Below, piece by piece: positions 59,343 to 64,000 of a stretch of DNA of 64,000 nucleotides. Position 1 is the first letter of the stretch. Every line of letters starts with the position of its first letter. The translations under genes were made by a program, and so were the position numbers. The DNA comes from Thalia democratica (Eukaryota). The notes beneath the pieces were generated by a model. It was not told where the DNA came from and ran no database searches. It worked only from the letters and a program-made list of their open reading frames with translations. The stretch is from NCBI GenBank assembly GCA_965202585.1, contig OZ241826.1, forward strand, positions 76,384,001 to 76,448,000, read 5' to 3'.

Positions 59343-62300
59343 TTAAAACTAAAGACTGTGAAACAAAAGGTATGTACTATCCTGTTTTCTAATAACGCTT
59401 GTCTATACTAACAAGTAAGAAAACAAAAACAAAATTATGCAAATAGGTTTATTTGGTTTAACACATACAAAAAATAAGGAAAACTGATAATTAAGGAATT
59501 ATACATGAGAAACTGTTAGAACAAGTACTTTATTTACAAAAATAGTTACTACATTACAAGAGCAAATACTAACAATGAAAGTTTGCGAGGTAATAAATGT
59601 AAAATTGTACTTAAATAGTTGTAGAAATTGCTTCTTAAATCTATAAAGCAGTTAAAAACATACTTAAAGTTCATAATAGCTAAATATAATTTTTCTTTAA
59701 CTAAAATTAAAACCAGTTAGAAAGCAAAGAATCTAAGTTTAAAACTAATTAGTAGTTACTTTTTGATTACTTAAACATATTTTTGAAAAACATATTTTTG
59801 AAAAAAACTAAACACTTACTAAAAACTTGAATTTTAAAGAATTTAATAATATATTCAACTTAGAACTAGATCTGTTTGTTTTCAAAGCAGTTTATCTATT
59901 CTAAATTACCGTTCTAATAACTTTAAAGACAAAGTTCTTAAGACTCGTATAAGTTTTAAAAAATATATTTATATTAAAAAGGTAACTTGATTTATACTTA
60001 TAAACTGTCCTATTTAATTTAAAAAAATTTGTTATCAATCTGTTTAAACTTTAACTCATCGTTCACCAAATAAAAATACTTTCTTGTACTATTTAAAAAC
60101 AAAAACCTCAAAAACAATTTTTTTTTGAAATTTTTATTAATAATTTTATTAATTCATTGTTTTTTCGACTATATTTTAGCAAAAATTATATTTTAGATTT
60201 TAAAACCAAAATATTCCAAACTTTTCTTAAATTTGAGTAGCAACTAGTGTTCAGTCTAGTGTTCTATTTTATACTTTTAAACAAATTAGTTTCCTTTATT
60301 CAAGTCATACTGTTTAGCTGCTTTTTTCTAAACTAATATTTTTTCAAAATGATTAAACCATAAAAACTGGTAATAAATGAAGTTAAATTTTTGAAACATA
60401 AATTTAAATGAAGTACTTAAATTTTAATTCAGTTTTTAATTTTTTTATTGAGTTCATAAATTAATTGTTCTTGAATTAATTAATTGTTTTATTGAGTTTA
60501 AGTCTTATTATAAGTTAAAAAAAACAATCTATATGTCTTTGTTTGTTTTTACAACGTTGAAACGATCAGTTATTTTTTTCAAACCTATGTTTGCTTTATT
60601 AATGTAACACCTACTTATTTATACAAAAGTAAAAATATATACTCTTTGATAAATTAAACTAATTAAACACTTACTTGAAAAAAACAAAGTAAATAGGTTA
60701 TAAAACTAAACATACTTAAAAAATCAATTTTAATGATAACGTAATATTACTTTTAACAATTAAGTTTGTGATTGCTTCGTTTACAATATAATTTTTTAAG
60801 TAATCTATTAAGTAGTCTGCACAAAAAACTATGAAAAAAGTGTACAGAACAAATTTGCACAAAAAAAAAAACAACAACTATTAGTTAGAATTAATCTAAA
60901 AACATACTGAGGTTTAGTTTACTGAAAGCACTTAAATTCTGTTTCTAAATACATTTATTTAAAAGTTATATAACTAATTTAACAGAAATATCAACTAAAG
61001 TTTTAATTGCATATGAAAGATAAACTACTGCTAAAAATAATACTTAAATTGATTGCTTAAACCTTAAACTGTAAAGATAAGCCTTTTTATTTTTATAAAA
61101 TATACCTTAAACAACTTAATATGTTTTTGTTTTTACAACCTTGCTGATGAAAGATTGAATAGGATAGTAATTTATTTTAGAAATTATTTTATATAACTAC
61201 GCAAAACAAAAACAATGTAAATATAAAATACAAAAATAAAATCGTAACAAAACAAAAATAAACTAATTAGAGATAGCCGTATGTTATATTTTCCGTAGAA
61301 AAAGTTTAATAACACTTTTTGTTTTTTAATCTTGCAACAACACACAAAATACTGCATTTTTTTATTTAAAGTTTTCTGCTTTCAATTATATTAAAGAAAA
61401 GTGAGTAATAGTTTTTTTACTAAAGCTATTTAAAACAGCTTTGTTGAAAAATTTAAGACTAAAAAATGAGCTCATTAAACAGTTAGCTACAATTAAAAAA
61501 CATTTATTTAAAATTACTATTTATTTTAATAATTGTTTAAATTTAATCTTTTAATCAATGTTAACATGCATTAGTGATTTAATTGTATACAATGTTATTA
61601 CTTTGTTTTTAACCACTTAAAACTACTTTTAAAATATACTAAAACATATGTCGATATTTTATTGTTTATCATTACTTTTTTGCTTCAATGTAAAGTAACA
61701 AAAATTTGTGTTCTTTTTTTCCAAGAGTAGTAAGTAAAACAATATAACAATAATAAGAATGGAGCTTATTTTACAAAGTTTACCTTAATTTAATTAAAAA
61801 CTAAAAACATATATTGTACTATTAAAAACTTTAGGTCAAGATACAAATGTTTTATTGTTATTTTAAAACTTACAGTTTTTTCTTTCTAAAATTAAAACTT
61901 GACATTAATTGAAAAAAGATATATAGTTTACCATTTCTTAAAAGTAAAAAGAGTAGAAAAAGAAACAACATGTGTCTACAGTAAATTTGATTGAGAAAAA
62001 GCTAAAACTGAAATGAAATATCTACTTTAAAGTAAGTTTTACGTTAAAATTAAACAAAGTTAGTTGTCTATAATTTAAACTGGTAAATTCTTATCTGTTT
62101 TGATTATAAGTTTCGAGTTTGTTTCTTAAAACTTTAAAACCTAAAGATAAAGTTTTAATTCTTAGAAGATGGGATATCGTAGTGGTTGTAGTTTTTTAAG
62201 TAAAAAAGGTGTTTAATAAAATTCAAACAATCAAAAATGGACATAACTTTTTAAAGAATAACAAAAAGCGTTAACCATTGATATTTGTATTCATCTTTAG

Positions 62301-63830
62301 TTATTTAGGATACTAACTGGCTTAAAATTTTGAAATAAGCAACAAAAAAGCTCTCATTAAGTTAATAAAAAATGTGAGTTTTAAACATTTATCTGTTTAA
62401 ATTGTCTATATACTTTACTGAAAATGATTGGGTGTACATATGTTTCTGTTGGATAAATTACTTACTTTACTACTACATATCATAAATTAGTGTAAACACG
62501 TATTTTTGATAAGTTTTTTAATCAAAGTTTAGCTAATATAAAATAAAAACCACAATGAGAAAACAGAAAACTTTGTAAAGTAAATCAAGAGGAAATGAGA
62601 TTTAGTTATTCAAACAAGCATATTTCAATTACAAACAGCTCTATAATTATCATTTTACTAACACGGAGTAAGAGTTAGGTTGTAGTACTTTACTATTTTC
62701 AAAAACTAGTGTGTTTTAATAGTCTTTTAACGGATAAGTTTAAAAAAATTTCCACTGATTTTACAGTAAAAGTTTTACAAGACAGAGAGAGCTGAAAGAA
62801 TAAGTATGCAACAAAAAAGAAGTGTCTTGTGATTTAATCTAACGTGCTAAAATCATTTTCTTAAAATATGACGAAAGAGAGTCAAAATATGTATGTTTTA
62901 AGGACACTGAAAAAAGTTTTTGGTTAACTGATGAATATATAGTACACGCTTCTAAGTTTTGTCAAGTTTTTTATTTAGTCATATTTTGTGAAATATTTCA
63001 ATGTAAATTTCAAATGTCTTACACATAAGTTATTGTAAATTAATCAAATTTGTTACAGCAGTTAATTGAGAGTTTTTATTAGAAGTCAGTTGAAGATTCA
63101 AAAGGCAAAATACAAAGTTTGAATAATTTTCTTTACTTAATAAGTTTAGCAGTTGAAAAGAAATCAGATAAACTACAATTTGTTTAAGTACATTAGCGTA
63201 AGGGAACTGCGTCTTTATACTAATAAAATCTTAACTTAATGCTCGTTTATTTAATTTTACTGCTGAACGTACTTAAACATTTAAAAGAATTAGTAGTCAG
63301 AATGATTTATTTTTACTTTAATGAAACTTAACTTTAAAGTTTTTAGTACTTCTTTTAGCATTTAAATACAATTTTACATACATGATAAATAGAAAAACTA
63401 CAACTATTTTTTGAAATCTAAGTTCATGATCGTTTTGTTTTATAGTTTCGTCTAATAATATTACATTAAGTTGAGTATATACTTACAAATACTTTGCATC
63501 ATCACCTTGTTAACACAAATTGACATAACAATTTTTGAAGAAGTTTGTACTATAATGACAACAGAAAATGCTGTTAAAATACAAAAGGGTGAACTTCTTT
63601 GTTTGTCTTAAAAAGAGCTTTATAGTTTCATTTCAAAAGGCTAGCCCTATATCTAGATGTTTTCTAAAGCTTTTATTAAGTAAAAGAAATCAACATTACA
63701 TTGAAAAAATAAAAAGTATTTGAAAAATTTAAGCTTAATCCTAGTTTCAAACTAGTTATTTGCTACCTATGTTTGTATTCTCTGCTTAATTTTAAATTAT
63801 ATTTTTTTGGTATTTTTTGAATGTTGCTAG

Positions 63831-63880
63831 CAGTGGCGTCGCGTGGTATTTTTTTTAGGTGGTGCAGAATTTAAAAAAAT
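63831..63880 (+). mobile_element. Left terminus of a possible hAT-like MITE (CAGTGGCGTCGC...)
   Basis: CAGTGGCGTCGCGTGGTATTTTTTTTAGGTGGTGCAG resembles CAGTGGCG-type MITE ends. The partner end is not visible. Confidence 0.35.
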
Positions 63881-63967
63881 ATGTTTTTTTAATAAAAATA
63901 TGTTTTTACTGTCAAGTTTGAAAACAACTGAACTTTTGCTACACCTGAAGATAAGCTTTGCTTTTAA

Positions 63968-64000
63968 GGGCATAGGGGGGATGAAACAATTTGATCTTAT
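63968..64000 (+). mobile_element. Left end of another Kolobok-like MITE, running off the window
   Basis: TTAA|GGGCATAGGGGGG, the same terminus as the copies at 28461 and 30605. Confidence 0.65.

Noticed and set aside
59073-59411. Plus-strand 112-aa ORF
   Set aside because: Shadow of the minus-strand two-exon gene; it begins and ends in A-rich intron-like sequence.
1-64000. tRNA, rRNA or snRNA genes
   Set aside because: No T-loop/B-box cloverleaf or rRNA-like GC-rich stretch was seen by eye; a tRNAscan-SE/Infernal run would be needed to exclude short ncRNAs.

Overview
This is AT-rich animal nuclear DNA with spliceosomal GT-AG introns; the taxon cannot be fixed from the window, and there is one 100-N gap at 44969-45068. 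I reconstructed gene models by hand from splice signals, phase continuity and translation. (1) A cluster of three SLC5A8/SLC5A12-type Na+/solute symporter paralogues at 55-18229: A is partial on the minus strand, B is on plus and C on minus. (2) A 5'-incomplete minus-strand gene with C2H2 finger, leucine zipper, 18-aa repeat and a second finger (24157-27608). (3) A 7-exon plus-strand gene of about 1350 aa, built from triplicated phase-1 NLS/Gln-rich exon modules plus an unrecognised C-terminal domain (40532-48123). (4) A UBE2D-like E2 pseudogene (53310-53830). (5) An intronless ORF with two tandem PARP/ART-like domains, the second degenerate (55569-57452). (6) A 2-exon, 108-aa orphan with a beta-grasp-like pattern, upstream on the same strand as the ART ORF (58913-59342). 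Non-autonomous DNA transposons include GGG..CCC/8-bp-TSD foldback elements, TTAA-flanked Kolobok-like MITEs and nested hAT-like MITEs, one carrying a Gln/Glu pentapeptide array. The best candidates for something new are the ART-pseudoART / Ubl-like / E2 neighbourhood, the modular Gln-rich gene, and a chimeric exon in SLC5 paralogue B that records intron gain by intragenic duplication. No database searches or alignments could be run; all family assignments come from recognised motifs.
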